Shown piece after piece: positions 32,395 through 41,776 of a stretch of 64,000 nucleotides of DNA. Below the pieces are notes generated by a model. It was not told the origin of the DNA. It saw only the letters and a program-made list of their open reading frames with translations, and did no database searches. The position numbers were made by a program, and so were the translations under genes. Location: contig CAVZVA010000010.1 in assembly GCA_963778655.1 (NCBI GenBank), positions 1,184,001 through 1,248,000 on the forward strand. Direction: 5' to 3'. Source of the stretch: an uncultured delta proteobacterium (GTDB taxonomy: Bacteria; Myxococcota_A; Polyangia; Polyangiales; JAFGIB01). The first letter of the stretch is position 1. Every line of letters starts with the position of its first letter.

Positions 32395-35300
32395 TCAGCC
32401 CGCGGTCAGGCCGGTCAGCCAGGCGGTGACCGAGGTGACGTCGCCCGAGTCGAACCAGGAACGGCTCAGGTGCGAGGCGATGTCGCTCGGATCGGAAAAC
32501 GGCTTGTCCGGATCGACGATCAACACCGCCAGGCCGGTGACCTCGAAGCGCCCCCGCGAGCTGTGCCCGATCAGGGTCGGGTGCATCCGTCGGCCGGGCC
32601 CCGCCAGCTCCGCGAGCTTGAGCGCGGGCTCGGGCGTGTACAACTCGGTGTCCGAGCCGGACGCGGTGGTATCGTTCTCGATTACCTCCGCGCGCAGCTG
32701 CTCGGCCACGGCTTGCGACAGGCCCGATGGCGGTTCCTCCAGCCCGGATTGCGCCACCAGGAACGGGCCGCCGCTCTCGATCGCGTACAGGAAGCCACCG
32801 AGCGCGCCGCTGCGCACGACCAGCAGGTCGAGCCCCAAGCGTGCGCGCTCGCGCGGGCCGGGACAGGCCGAAAGCGCCGAGGTGATGTGGCTCGCGGCGG
32901 CCTGTGCGGTCAACAGCGCCGCCGGTCCGCCCGCGCCGGTCGCGCTCCCATCGCGGCCGCGCGCCTCGCGCAGCAGCCGCTCGTGCTTGGCGATCAGCGC
33001 GCGGTTGGAGCACGCGCGGAACACGGCGGCGCAACGCCTGGCGTGGTGCTCGTGCTGCGCGTGGTCGCCGAGCCGGATCGCGACGCGGGCGCGGGTTTCG
33101 TGCGCGAGCCCGAGGTTGAGCCCGTGCGCGCCGAGTCGCTCGTGGTAGGCGAGCGCTGCATCGGCCAGCGCTTCGGCCTGCTCCCGCTCGCCGAGCCCCG
33201 CGTGCACGCAGGCCAGCGACTGCTCGATGCAGTTGCGACCGTAGCCGAGCTCGTTGTGCGCGGCGGCCTGCAGGTACTGCAAGCCGAGATCACGCGCCTG
33301 CTCGCGCTGCTCCAGCGAGTCGAGCACCTTCAGGCGAGCGGCCGCGATCTCGCCCCACAGCACGTGACTTCCGGCCGAGGTCAGCTCGAGCGCGCGCTCG
33401 AGCTGCTGCAGCGCCGCCGCGGCGTCGCCGCGAATGCGGTGATACTCGGCGCGCGCGTAGCACAGGACCGGCACCCAGTCGGGCAAGTTGTTCGCCATCT
33501 GCGCGATCGGGTCGATGGTCTGCTTCACCCGCAGCAGATCGTCGGAGGCTGCATGCGCGACGATCTCGGGTATCAGGTGGCTGCCTTCGGACCAGACGCG
33601 GCCGGTGTTCTGGATCCTGCGCAGCTCGATCTGGCGCTTGTAGCGTTCGGTGGCTCGCGCGTCGCCCTGCCACAGGTGATAGATCATGGTGATGATCAGC
33701 GCGTTGACCTCGTGCATGGGGTCGTCGCAGATCGCCTTCGCACGGCCCAAAGCTGCATCGAGCCCCAGCATCGCCTCCAGCATGCCGAGCGCGTAGGTCA
33801 CGCCGTAGGTCGTGTACCTATGGTGCGACTGGTCGAGGCCCGCGCGGTCGGGCTGATTGGCGCGGTCGAGCAGCGCTTGATAGATCGTGCGGGCCTGCTC
33901 GGTGCGGCCGGTGATGCGCGCACGCACGCCTCGCCTGAGCACGTCCAGCACGCCGAGCGCCGGCGACAGCGGCTCGAACGGGGCGAGCGACGGCACCTTC
34001 GCCCACAGCTCGAGGTCGAGTCGCGCCGCCACCGGCCCGATCGCGGCGACGCAAGCGCGCGCCAGCGGGCGCAGCGCGGCGACCGGCTCATGCACGCGGT
34101 CGCGTTCCGGAGTCTGCTCGTAGCGCGCCTGCGCCAGCTCGAAGCTCTTGCTCAAGCGAGCCGACGGCTCGAGCGCCGGGTCGAGCGACTCGTAGATGTC
34201 GAGCCCGCTGTCGCGCCGCATGTGCGCCATCAGCTCGACCACCGAGTCGACGTCTCCAAACGAAACGCCCTCGATCCCGGCTGCACGGCTGTAGAGCGCC
34301 TGCAGCTCGGCGCGCGGGCGGCCGAGCTTCGCGCACAGCTCGGCGCCGAGTCGGTAGGTCGCCGCCCAGTCCGGCGGTAGCGAGGCCAGCAGCCTCGTGA
34401 ACGCCTCGGGATCGGGGTCGGTGCGCGCCTGCGAGCTGCGCGCGTGCGCTACCAGCGCGTCGAGCCCGCGCGCCTCCTCGCCGGCCAGCAGCAGGTGCTG
34501 GGCCGCGCGGAAGGCGTCGTCGCTGCGGCGCTCGAACAGCGCGCTCAGGCGCAGGTGCAGCGGGCGCAGGCGCTCGGGTGCGATGCCCTGGAGCAGCAGC
34601 GAGACCCAGGCGTGCTGCGCGAGCTCGAAGCGCCGGCCGACGGCACGCAGCACGCCGGCCAGCAACAGCTCGTCGACGCTGCGCAGCGAGCGCGCGGCAT
34701 CGCCGTGGCCGCCGAGCGTGAGCGCCTCGTCGAAGCCGATGCCCAGCTCGGGCGCCAGCGCCAGCGCCTGGGCGAGCGCGAGCGCGTCCTCGCTGAGCGC
34801 GTCGAGCCGCGCGCCGCGCGCCTGGGCGATGCTCGAGGGCAGGTCGCCGTCGTCGATGCGCGCGGGCAGCGACCACGAGCCCGACTCGTAGCGGATCGCC
34901 CCGCGGTCGACCAGGTGCTGCGCGAGCTGCATCACGTCGCGCGGGTTGCCATCTGCGATCGCGTGCAGCTTGTGAGCCACGAGCTCCAGATGCGGCACCT
35001 GGCCGAACACGGTACGCAGCAGCTCGCGCACTTCGTCGGGGTCGAGGTTGTCGAGCTGCAGGCGCGTGCTGGCTTCGCGTAGCACCTTGAGCACGCCGAA
35101 CGACGCCTCGGCCGCGGATTGGTGGGCGCTGACCACGATCGCCAGGGCGTTACGCGAGATCTCGTCGGTGAGCAGGGCGACGAACGCTGCTGAAGGCTCG
35201 TCGACCGCCTCCACGTCGTCGACGCCGAGCACCAGCGGGCGCTGCTTGCTGACATCGGTGAACCACTCGCGCAGCGCCTGCTGTACCCGCGGCCGGCGCT

Positions 35301-36534
35301 GCTGGGGGTCGTCGAACGCTTCCAGCGAAAGCTCGGGCATGCGCGCGCGCAGCTCCGGCAGCACGTGGGCGAGCACGCTCGCCCGAGGGCGCGCACAGCA
35401 CAGGCTCACCTCGGGGAGCTTGTCGAACAGCTGCGCGGCCAGCGTGCGCACGGCGCCATACTCGCCGCGTTGCGCGTCCCCCGCATCGGCGCGCAGCACG
35501 ACCGCGCCCAACAACTTGGCCTCGAGCATGCAGGCGTCGAACAAGCGCGAGCGACCCACGCCGGGTGCGCCGAGGAGCATGGTGGCGCTGCCGCGACCCT
35601 CGCGCGCGCGCTCGATCTTCTTGCGCACGCGCGCGAGCTGCGGCTGGCGGCCGACCAGCACCGGCGTGTCGAGATACGCGGCCGAGACCAACAGCTGCTC
35701 GTCCGCGGGCAGATTCGCCAGCGCGGACAGCCGTTCCATCACCTCCGCGGCGTTGACCGGACGCGCGCTCGGGTCGTGGCTGAGCATGCTCATCACCAGC
35801 GCGTCGAGGGCCTGGGGGATGTCGGGGACGAACGCGGACGGGGGTGCCGGAGCCTGCTGCCACAGCGTGCGCAGGTGGCGGAAGTCGCGCGCCGGATAGG
35901 CGTGGCGGCCGACCAGCGCGTGATAGAAGGTGGCGCCGAGCGAATACAGGTCGGCGCGCGCGTCGAGCGGCTCCAGGTTCAGCACTTCGGGCGCGCAGAT
36001 CGGCGGCGTGCCCACGACCTGCTTGGCCGGCCCCATCGGGGTCATGGCGCCAAAGTCGATCAGCTTGGCCAGGCCGTCGGTCGTGCAGCGGATGTTGCGC
36101 GGGCTCAGATCGCGGTGCACCAGGCGCCGGGAGTGCAGCAGCGCGAGCACCGAGCACACGTCGCGCATCAGGCTGCACGCGCGCCGCCACGGCACCGGGG
36201 CCAGGGCGTGCAGGTCGCCGCCATCGAGCAGCTCCATCGTGTAGTGCGGGCCGCTGTCGTCGACCACGTAGTCGTGGACCTGCACCACGCGCGGATGCGA
36301 GAGCTGCGAGAGCACGTGGAACTCGCGCTCGAACAGCGCGCGGGCCTTGGCGTGGCGCTCGGGCTGCTGCACCGGGCGCAGTCGTTTGAGCGCGAGCAGC
36401 TTGCCGCTCGCGCCGTCGCGCACCTTCTGCACCACTGCCATGCCGCCCTCGCCGAGCTGCTCGATCAGCTGGTAGCGGTCCGGGCTTTCGGACGCAGGCT
36501 CGGCAGGCACGGGCGGCGCGACGCTAGCGGACAT
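32395..36534 (-). CDS. Hanks-type Ser/Thr protein kinase with AAA/STAND-like ATPase and helical (TPR-like) C-terminus
   Basis: GEGGM, ALK, HRDLSPRN, DFG, APE; LVGR..L; GAPGVGRS P-loop; VDDVE Walker B. Confidence 0.9.
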   Translation of the reverse strand: MSASVAPPVPAEPASESPDRYQLIEQLGEGGMAVVQKVRDGASGKLLALKRLRPVQQPERHAKARALFEREFHVLSQLSHPRVVQVHDYVVDDSGPHYTMELLDGGDLHALAPVPWRRACSLMRDVCSVLALLHSRRLVHRDLSPRNIRCTTDGLAKLIDFGAMTPMGPAKQVVGTPPICAPEVLNLEPLDARADLYSLGATFYHALVGRHAYPARDFRHLRTLWQQAPAPPSAFVPDIPQALDALVMSMLSHDPSARPVNAAEVMERLSALANLPADEQLLVSAAYLDTPVLVGRQPQLARVRKKIERAREGRGSATMLLGAPGVGRSRLFDACMLEAKLLGAVVLRADAGDAQRGEYGAVRTLAAQLFDKLPEVSLCCARPRASVLAHVLPELRARMPELSLEAFDDPQQRRPRVQQALREWFTDVSKQRPLVLGVDDVEAVDEPSAAFVALLTDEISRNALAIVVSAHQSAAEASFGVLKVLREASTRLQLDNLDPDEVRELLRTVFGQVPHLELVAHKLHAIADGNPRDVMQLAQHLVDRGAIRYESGSWSLPARIDDGDLPSSIAQARGARLDALSEDALALAQALALAPELGIGFDEALTLGGHGDAARSLRSVDELLLAGVLRAVGRRFELAQHAWVSLLLQGIAPERLRPLHLRLSALFERRSDDAFRAAQHLLLAGEEARGLDALVAHARSSQARTDPDPEAFTRLLASLPPDWAATYRLGAELCAKLGRPRAELQALYSRAAGIEGVSFGDVDSVVELMAHMRRDSGLDIYESLDPALEPSARLSKSFELAQARYEQTPERDRVHEPVAALRPLARACVAAIGPVAARLDLELWAKVPSLAPFEPLSPALGVLDVLRRGVRARITGRTEQARTIYQALLDRANQPDRAGLDQSHHRYTTYGVTYALGMLEAMLGLDAALGRAKAICDDPMHEVNALIITMIYHLWQGDARATERYKRQIELRRIQNTGRVWSEGSHLIPEIVAHAASDDLLRVKQTIDPIAQMANNLPDWVPVLCYARAEYHRIRGDAAAALQQLERALELTSAGSHVLWGEIAAARLKVLDSLEQREQARDLGLQYLQAAAHNELGYGRNCIEQSLACVHAGLGEREQAEALADAALAYHERLGAHGLNLGLAHETRARVAIRLGDHAQHEHHARRCAAVFRACSNRALIAKHERLLREARGRDGSATGAGGPAALLTAQAAASHITSALSACPGPRERARLGLDLLVVRSGALGGFLYAIESGGPFLVAQSGLEEPPSGLSQAVAEQLRAEVIENDTTASGSDTELYTPEPALKLAELAGPGRRMHPTLIGHSSRGRFEVTGLAVLIVDPDKPFSDPSDIASHLSRSWFDSGDVTSVTAWLTGLTAG

Positions 36535-36704
36535 GCTTCATATTTCTAGATAACTGCAGTATGATTGTATTCTGTCGCGACCAAGGGGTCAACGGTCCTG
36601 GACGCGTTGACGATGCGCCTGGAAGACCCGCGGCCCCCAAATCTTGGCTTCCGCGGGCCAGATCCCGTCGGGCTAGCCGCGCGCGGGATTGCTCCGGCGC
36701 GCGC

Positions 36705-37352
36705 TCACAGCGACTGCACCAGGTGCCAGAACAGCTCGCCGGTGCAGACCGTGGTCTCGATCTTGCCGATGCGGATGTCGTCGCCCGCCGTGACCGGCAC
36801 CAGCGTGCGCGCAGCCAAAGCGGTGCCGTTGACGGTGGTGCCGTTCTTGCTGCCCGCGTCCGCCACGCACAGCCGGCCCTGTTCGTCGTGCTCGAACCAG
36901 GCGTGGAACTTGGAGATGTTGCGGCTGCGCAGCGAGATGTCCTTGTTGAGCGCGCGGCCGACCGAGATGCGATCGGAGAACGCACCCGCCTGCTTCGCGA
37001 TCGGCACCGGGAAGCACGGCGCCACGCTGATCCAGCGCGCCAGCTGCTCGACATCGAAGCGCGGCGCGCCGTCGCGGCCCGCGGTCTGCGTGCGGTCGAG
37101 GTCGTCCACGTCGGCCATGGCCGTGTGGAAGTCGAGCACGCCCGGCGCTTTGGGCTGGGCCAGGCCCGCGCCGTAGCGCTGGGTCAACCCGGTCGCGAGC
37201 TCGGCCTCTTGCGCATCGAGCCGGACCAGCAAGATGTTCTGGCAGTCGTTACGCTTGATGAACTTTTCGAGCGGCAACAGCTGCGCGAGATCGAGCAGAT
37301 GGCTGGCCATCAGCCGGTGACGAATCGTCTCGCGTTGTAGCTCCGATCGCAT
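36705..37352 (-). CDS. FHA domain protein
   Basis: VGR...DI, ISKFHA, DAGSKNGTTVNG FHA motifs. Confidence 0.9.
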   Translation of the reverse strand: MRSELQRETIRHRLMASHLLDLAQLLPLEKFIKRNDCQNILLVRLDAQEAELATGLTQRYGAGLAQPKAPGVLDFHTAMADVDDLDRTQTAGRDGAPRFDVEQLARWISVAPCFPVPIAKQAGAFSDRISVGRALNKDISLRSRNISKFHAWFEHDEQGRLCVADAGSKNGTTVNGTALAARTLVPVTAGDDIRIGKIETTVCTGELFWHLVQSL

Positions 37353-37501
37353 GGAGGTGACTCATGATCATATTCGCACCTCGAGGTCCGGCGCCAATAC
37401 AAAACCCGCTGGCGCTTGCGGTGCGAAACCACCCTGCCTCCCACGCGCGCACATGCTCCTGGCGCAGCGGCCCGAGTGGGCGGCCGGACTGGGAATTTTC
37501 A

Positions 37502-37565
37502 CAGGAACACGGGAAGGCGGGAAGCCCAGATGTAGGTCTATTCTTCCCGCCTTCGCGTCTTCCTG
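37502..37565. repeat. GGGAAG/CTTCCC inverted-repeat element, copy B
   Basis: Arms 37502-37524 and 37543-37565 pair at 21 of 23 positions. Confidence 0.8.
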
Positions 37566-37604
37566 CTCAACCACTGGAGAGCCGCTCCGGGCGGGCGACT
37601 GCGC

Positions 37605-38747
37605 TCACGGCTCCTGGTTGGTCATGATGATGGTACCGCTGGCCGCGAACATCCCGCCCACGCCGTGGGCGATCGAAATCTTGGCGTCCGGCACTTGTGC
37701 CGGGGCGATGCCGCGCAGCTGGCGCACGCTCTCTTGCAGCGCGTACATGCCGTACATGCCCGAGTGCATGTAGCTCAGGCCGCCGCCGTTGGTGTTGAGC
37801 GGCAGCTTGCCGCCGGGCGCGGTGTTGCGCTGCTCGATGAAGCGTGCCGCCTGGCCCTTGTCGCAGAAGCCCATGTCCTCGAGGCCGTACAGCGGCAGGT
37901 GCGCGAAGGCGTCGTAGATCATCAGATGGTCGACGTCGCGATGCGCGATCCCCGCCTCGGCGAACGCCTTGCGCGCCGAAACGCGAAACGCCTTGCTGCT
38001 TGTGAAGTCCTCCATCTGACTCACCATCGGCGTCTCCACGCTCTCGCCGGTGCCCACGACGTAGACTGGCTTGCGCGGGAAGTCCTTGGCGCGGCTCGCG
38101 CTGGTCAGGATCAACGCGCCGCCGCCGTCGGTCACCAGGCAGCACATCAGCTTGCGGAAGGGGTAGGCGATCATGCGCGACGACAGCACGTCCTGCACGC
38201 TGATCGGATCGCGGTACGAGGCGCGCGGGTTCTTGGCGGCCCATTCGCGCTGGATCACGGCCACCATCGCCAGCTGCTCCTCGCTCACGCCGTAGGTCTT
38301 CATGTAGCGCAGCGCCGGAATCGTAAACAGCGTGGGCGGGCCCATCGGGCCGTAGGGCATCTCGAACTGCGCGGCCAGCGACGCGCCGCCGCCACGGAAG
38401 CCGCCACGGCCAACGTTGCTCTTGCCGCTCTCGCCGTGCGTGATCAGCACGATGCTGCACAAGCCCTCGTTGATCGCGGCCGCGGCGTGGCGCACGTGCA
38501 GCATGAACGAGCAGCCGCCCACGCTGGTACCGTCGACCCAGGTAGGCGTGATGCCGAGGTGATAGGCCACGCCCGTCGGCGACTCGCCCGCGGTGGCGAC
38601 GCCATCGATTTCGCTGGGCTTGAGGCCGCAGTCGGCCAGCGCGTTGAGCGCCGCGTCACAGTGCAGCTCGATCTGGGAGGTGTTGGGAATCTCGCCGAGC
38701 TCGGTCGTCTCGGCCGCCCCGACGATGGCCACGCTCTTCGGCTTCAT
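37605..38747 (-). CDS. SCP2-type thiolase-family protein (thiolase/aldolase)
   Basis: VAIVGAAET, GGCS, CCLVTDGGGA, IYDAF, NTNGGGLS..H, AHGVGG; start MKPKSV. Confidence 0.88.
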   Translation of the reverse strand: MKPKSVAIVGAAETTELGEIPNTSQIELHCDAALNALADCGLKPSEIDGVATAGESPTGVAYHLGITPTWVDGTSVGGCSFMLHVRHAAAAINEGLCSIVLITHGESGKSNVGRGGFRGGGASLAAQFEMPYGPMGPPTLFTIPALRYMKTYGVSEEQLAMVAVIQREWAAKNPRASYRDPISVQDVLSSRMIAYPFRKLMCCLVTDGGGALILTSASRAKDFPRKPVYVVGTGESVETPMVSQMEDFTSSKAFRVSARKAFAEAGIAHRDVDHLMIYDAFAHLPLYGLEDMGFCDKGQAARFIEQRNTAPGGKLPLNTNGGGLSYMHSGMYGMYALQESVRQLRGIAPAQVPDAKISIAHGVGGMFAASGTIIMTNQEP

Positions 38748-38752
38748 GCAGG

Positions 38753-39169
38753 TTACCTCGGCCTCGGCTGAAAGGTGGGCAGGGTGATGTCCTCGCTGAG
38801 CTTCGTGAACGCCACCTCGAGCTCCATGTCGAGCTGCAGCGCCTCGGGCGTCTGCGGGCAGTTGATGACGTTGGTCATCATGCGAGGCCCTTCCTGCAGC
38901 TGGACCACCGCGATCGAGTAGGGCGGCTTGAAGCCCGGCACCGGGCGCTGGTGGATCACGTAGCTGTAGAGCCTGCCGCGACCGCTGGCCGTGAACCAGC
39001 TGACCTTGCGGCCGGCGCACTTGGGGCAGAACGACCGTGGCGGGAAGTACACGTGCGCGCAGGCGTCGCAGCGCTGCAGCCGCAGCTCGCCGGCCTTGGT
39101 GCCCTCCCAGAAGGGGCGGGTCTCGGGTGTGGGCGTGGGCACGAAACGTTTGGGCTCGAAGGCTGGCAC
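38753..39169 (-). CDS. DUF35 Zn-ribbon/OB-fold protein (thiolase partner)
   Basis: PFW...GEL.LQRC..C...FPPR..CP.C, SGRG.LYSY, LQEGPRM. Confidence 0.92.
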   Translation of the reverse strand: MPAFEPKRFVPTPTPETRPFWEGTKAGELRLQRCDACAHVYFPPRSFCPKCAGRKVSWFTASGRGRLYSYVIHQRPVPGFKPPYSIAVVQLQEGPRMMTNVINCPQTPEALQLDMELEVAFTKLSEDITLPTFQPRPR

Positions 39170-39178
39170 GGTGCGCTC

Positions 39179-40831
39179 CTATAACTGGGCCGCGGCGCGA
39201 TAGCGCTCGCGTAGCGCGCGCTTGTACAGCTTGCCGTTGTCCTGCCGCGGAAGCGTCGCGACGAAGTCGACGCCGCGCGGGCACTTGTAGTGAGCAAGCC
39301 GCTGCCGGCAGTGCTCGATCAGCTCGCTTTGTAGCTCCGGCGAGGCTTCGGCTCCCGGCTGCAGCTCGACCACGGCCTTGACCTCCTCGCCCCACTCGGG
39401 GTTGGGCACGCCGATCACGGCGACGTCGCCGACCGCCGGGTGGGTGAGCAGCACCGCCTCGACCTCGGCCGGATAGATGTTCACGCCGCCCGAAATGATT
39501 AGGTTCGCGCTGCGGTCGGTGAGGAACAGGTAACCGTCCTCGTCGAGATAGCCCACGTCGCCCAGCGTGAAGTGGTCGCCGCGGTACGCGCTCTGCGTCT
39601 TCTGCTCGTCCTTGTAGTAGTCGAAGCGTCCCTGGCGCGAAGACATGTACACCGTGCCGATCTGGCCGGGGGGCAGCTGGTTGCCCTCGTCGTCCAGGAT
39701 CCTGATGTGCCCATCGGTGCTGGCCTTGCCCACCGTGCCCGGCTTCTTGAGCCAGGTCTCCGAGTCCACCAGCGTGCCCACGCCCTCGGTCGCGCCGTAG
39801 TACTCGTGCACGATCGGACCGAGCCACTCGATCAGCTTGTGCTTGATCGGCACCGGGCAAGGCGCCGCGCCGTGCAACACGAACTGCAGCGAGGAAAGAT
39901 CGTATTTCGCGCGCACCGCCTCGGGCAGCGAGAGCAGGCGGTGGAACATCGTCGGCACCATGTGCGTGTGGGTGACGCGGTGGGCCTGGATCAGCTGCAG
40001 CGTCTGCTCGGCGTTCCAGCCGTCCATCATCACCACCGCGCAGCCGAACAGGTGCGGGATGGTGAGCGAGAAGCCGAGCGGCGCGGCGTGGTAGAGCGGG
40101 CCCGTGCACAGGTGCACGCCCAGTCCCGGCTTGTAGTTGCCGGCCATCAGCGTGGGAGCCGCCGCCGGCGCCGCGCCCGCATCCGCGCCGCCGCCGGGCG
40201 GGCCCGGCGGGGTCGACACCGGGCGATGCACGCCCTTGGGGCGCCCAGTGGTCCCCGAGGTGTAGAGCATGGCGGTGCCCACGGACGGATCCTCGATGTC
40301 GCTGCCGTCCTGCCCTTGCAGCGCGTCCTCGTAGCGTTCGAAGCCGGCGAGATCGCCGCCCACCGCCAACCGCACGCTCGCGTGCGGCGCGGCCGCCGCC
40401 GCCGCCTGCGCGACCTCCGTGAAGCGCGCCTCGGCGATGAAGGCCTTGGCGTCGCAGTCGTGCACGATGTAGCCGGCTTCCTCGCCGGTGAGGTGCCAGT
40501 TGACGGGCGTCAAGCGCATACCGGCGCGCCGCGTGGCGGCCAGCGTCTCGACGTACTCGGCGCGGTTGCTGCACAGCAGCGCCACGCCGTCGCCGGCGTG
40601 GAGGCCGCGCGCGCGCAGGGCGCGAGCGAGCTGGTTGGCGCGCGCGTTGAGCTCGGCGAAGGTGCGCGTGCGGTACTCGTCCACCACCGCCGGTGCATCC
40701 GGCAGCAGCTCGGCCCACACCGCAGAGGTCATGCCGTTGCGCATGGCCGCAAACAGCTTCTGCCAGGCCAGCGCGCGGAATTCCGGGCTGTCCACGGGCG
40801 GTGTTTGAATTCTATTCACTTCTGGTCTCAT
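39179..40831 (-). CDS. Acyl-CoA synthetase (AMP-forming)
   Basis: [41 protein letters not shown]. Confidence 0.93.
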   Translation of the reverse strand: MRPEVNRIQTPPVDSPEFRALAWQKLFAAMRNGMTSAVWAELLPDAPAVVDEYRTRTFAELNARANQLARALRARGLHAGDGVALLCSNRAEYVETLAATRRAGMRLTPVNWHLTGEEAGYIVHDCDAKAFIAEARFTEVAQAAAAAAPHASVRLAVGGDLAGFERYEDALQGQDGSDIEDPSVGTAMLYTSGTTGRPKGVHRPVSTPPGPPGGGADAGAAPAAAPTLMAGNYKPGLGVHLCTGPLYHAAPLGFSLTIPHLFGCAVVMMDGWNAEQTLQLIQAHRVTHTHMVPTMFHRLLSLPEAVRAKYDLSSLQFVLHGAAPCPVPIKHKLIEWLGPIVHEYYGATEGVGTLVDSETWLKKPGTVGKASTDGHIRILDDEGNQLPPGQIGTVYMSSRQGRFDYYKDEQKTQSAYRGDHFTLGDVGYLDEDGYLFLTDRSANLIISGGVNIYPAEVEAVLLTHPAVGDVAVIGVPNPEWGEEVKAVVELQPGAEASPELQSELIEHCRQRLAHYKCPRGVDFVATLPRQDNGKLYKRALRERYRAAAQL

Positions 40832-40900
40832 AGTCTCGGTCCGGAGCCGAAGTCAACCCGTTGCTTTAGACTCATAGCCCGGATCGCGGGGAGGAACCAG

Positions 40901-41755
40901 ATGGGCAAGCTAGAGGGAAAAGTCGCCATCGTCACAGGGGCCAGCCGCGGCATCGGCAAGGCCATCGCAGAGCTGTTCGCAGAGCAGGGGGCCAAGGTGG
41001 TGTGCACCGCGCGCACGCTCGAGGAGGGCGACCACCCCTCGCTGCCGGGCTCGCTGCGCGCCACGGTCGGTGCCATCGAGCAGGCCGGCGGCCGCGCGCT
41101 CGCGGCGGCCTGCGACGTCTCCGACTTCGAGGCCTGCGAGCGCACGGTGGCCGAGGCGCGCGCGGCCTTCGGCCCCATCGACGTGCTGGTCAACAACGCG
41201 GCGCTTACCTATTTCATTCCGGTCGCGGATTTTCCACCCGCCAGGTGGCTCAAGTCGTTTGCGGTCAACGTGCACGGGCCGTTCTACATGAGCAAGCTGG
41301 TGCTGCCGGACATGCTGGCGCGCAAGAGCGGCGCGATCGTCAACATCAGCAGCGGCGCGGCGATTGGGCCCGGCCGCGGCCCCTACAAGGAAGCCTTGCG
41401 CCGCGGCCGCGGCGGCACGCTGTACGGCGCCGAGAAGGCCGCGCTCGAGCGTTTCACCCAGGGGCTGGCGGCGGAGGTCTACGCGGACGGCGTGAGCGTG
41501 AGTTGCGTGAGCCCCTCGATGGTGGTGGCCACGCCTGGCGTGCTGCACCACAAGCTGGTGCGCAGCAAGGATGACCCCAACGCCGAGCCCGAGAGCATGA
41601 TGGCGCAGGCCGCGCTGCTGCTGGCGACCGAGCCGCTCGACAAGGTCACCGGCCGCGTCACCTACAGCCAGCAGATCCTCAAGGAGCTCGCCGGGCTCGA
41701 GAACGCGCGCGGCCTGGGCGTACAGCGACCGGGCTCGGGCTACTCGCAGATCTGA
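40901..41755 (+). CDS. Short-chain dehydrogenase/reductase (SDR)
   Basis: TGASRGIG, LVNNA, NISS, YGAEK (YxxxK); GGAGG RBS before ATG 40901. Confidence 0.93.
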   Translation: MGKLEGKVAIVTGASRGIGKAIAELFAEQGAKVVCTARTLEEGDHPSLPGSLRATVGAIEQAGGRALAAACDVSDFEACERTVAEARAAFGPIDVLVNNAALTYFIPVADFPPARWLKSFAVNVHGPFYMSKLVLPDMLARKSGAIVNISSGAAIGPGRGPYKEALRRGRGGTLYGAEKAALERFTQGLAAEVYADGVSVSCVSPSMVVATPGVLHHKLVRSKDDPNAEPESMMAQAALLLATEPLDKVTGRVTYSQQILKELAGLENARGLGVQRPGSGYSQI

Positions 41756-41776
41756 GCCCCGCGGCCGGCAGGGCCC

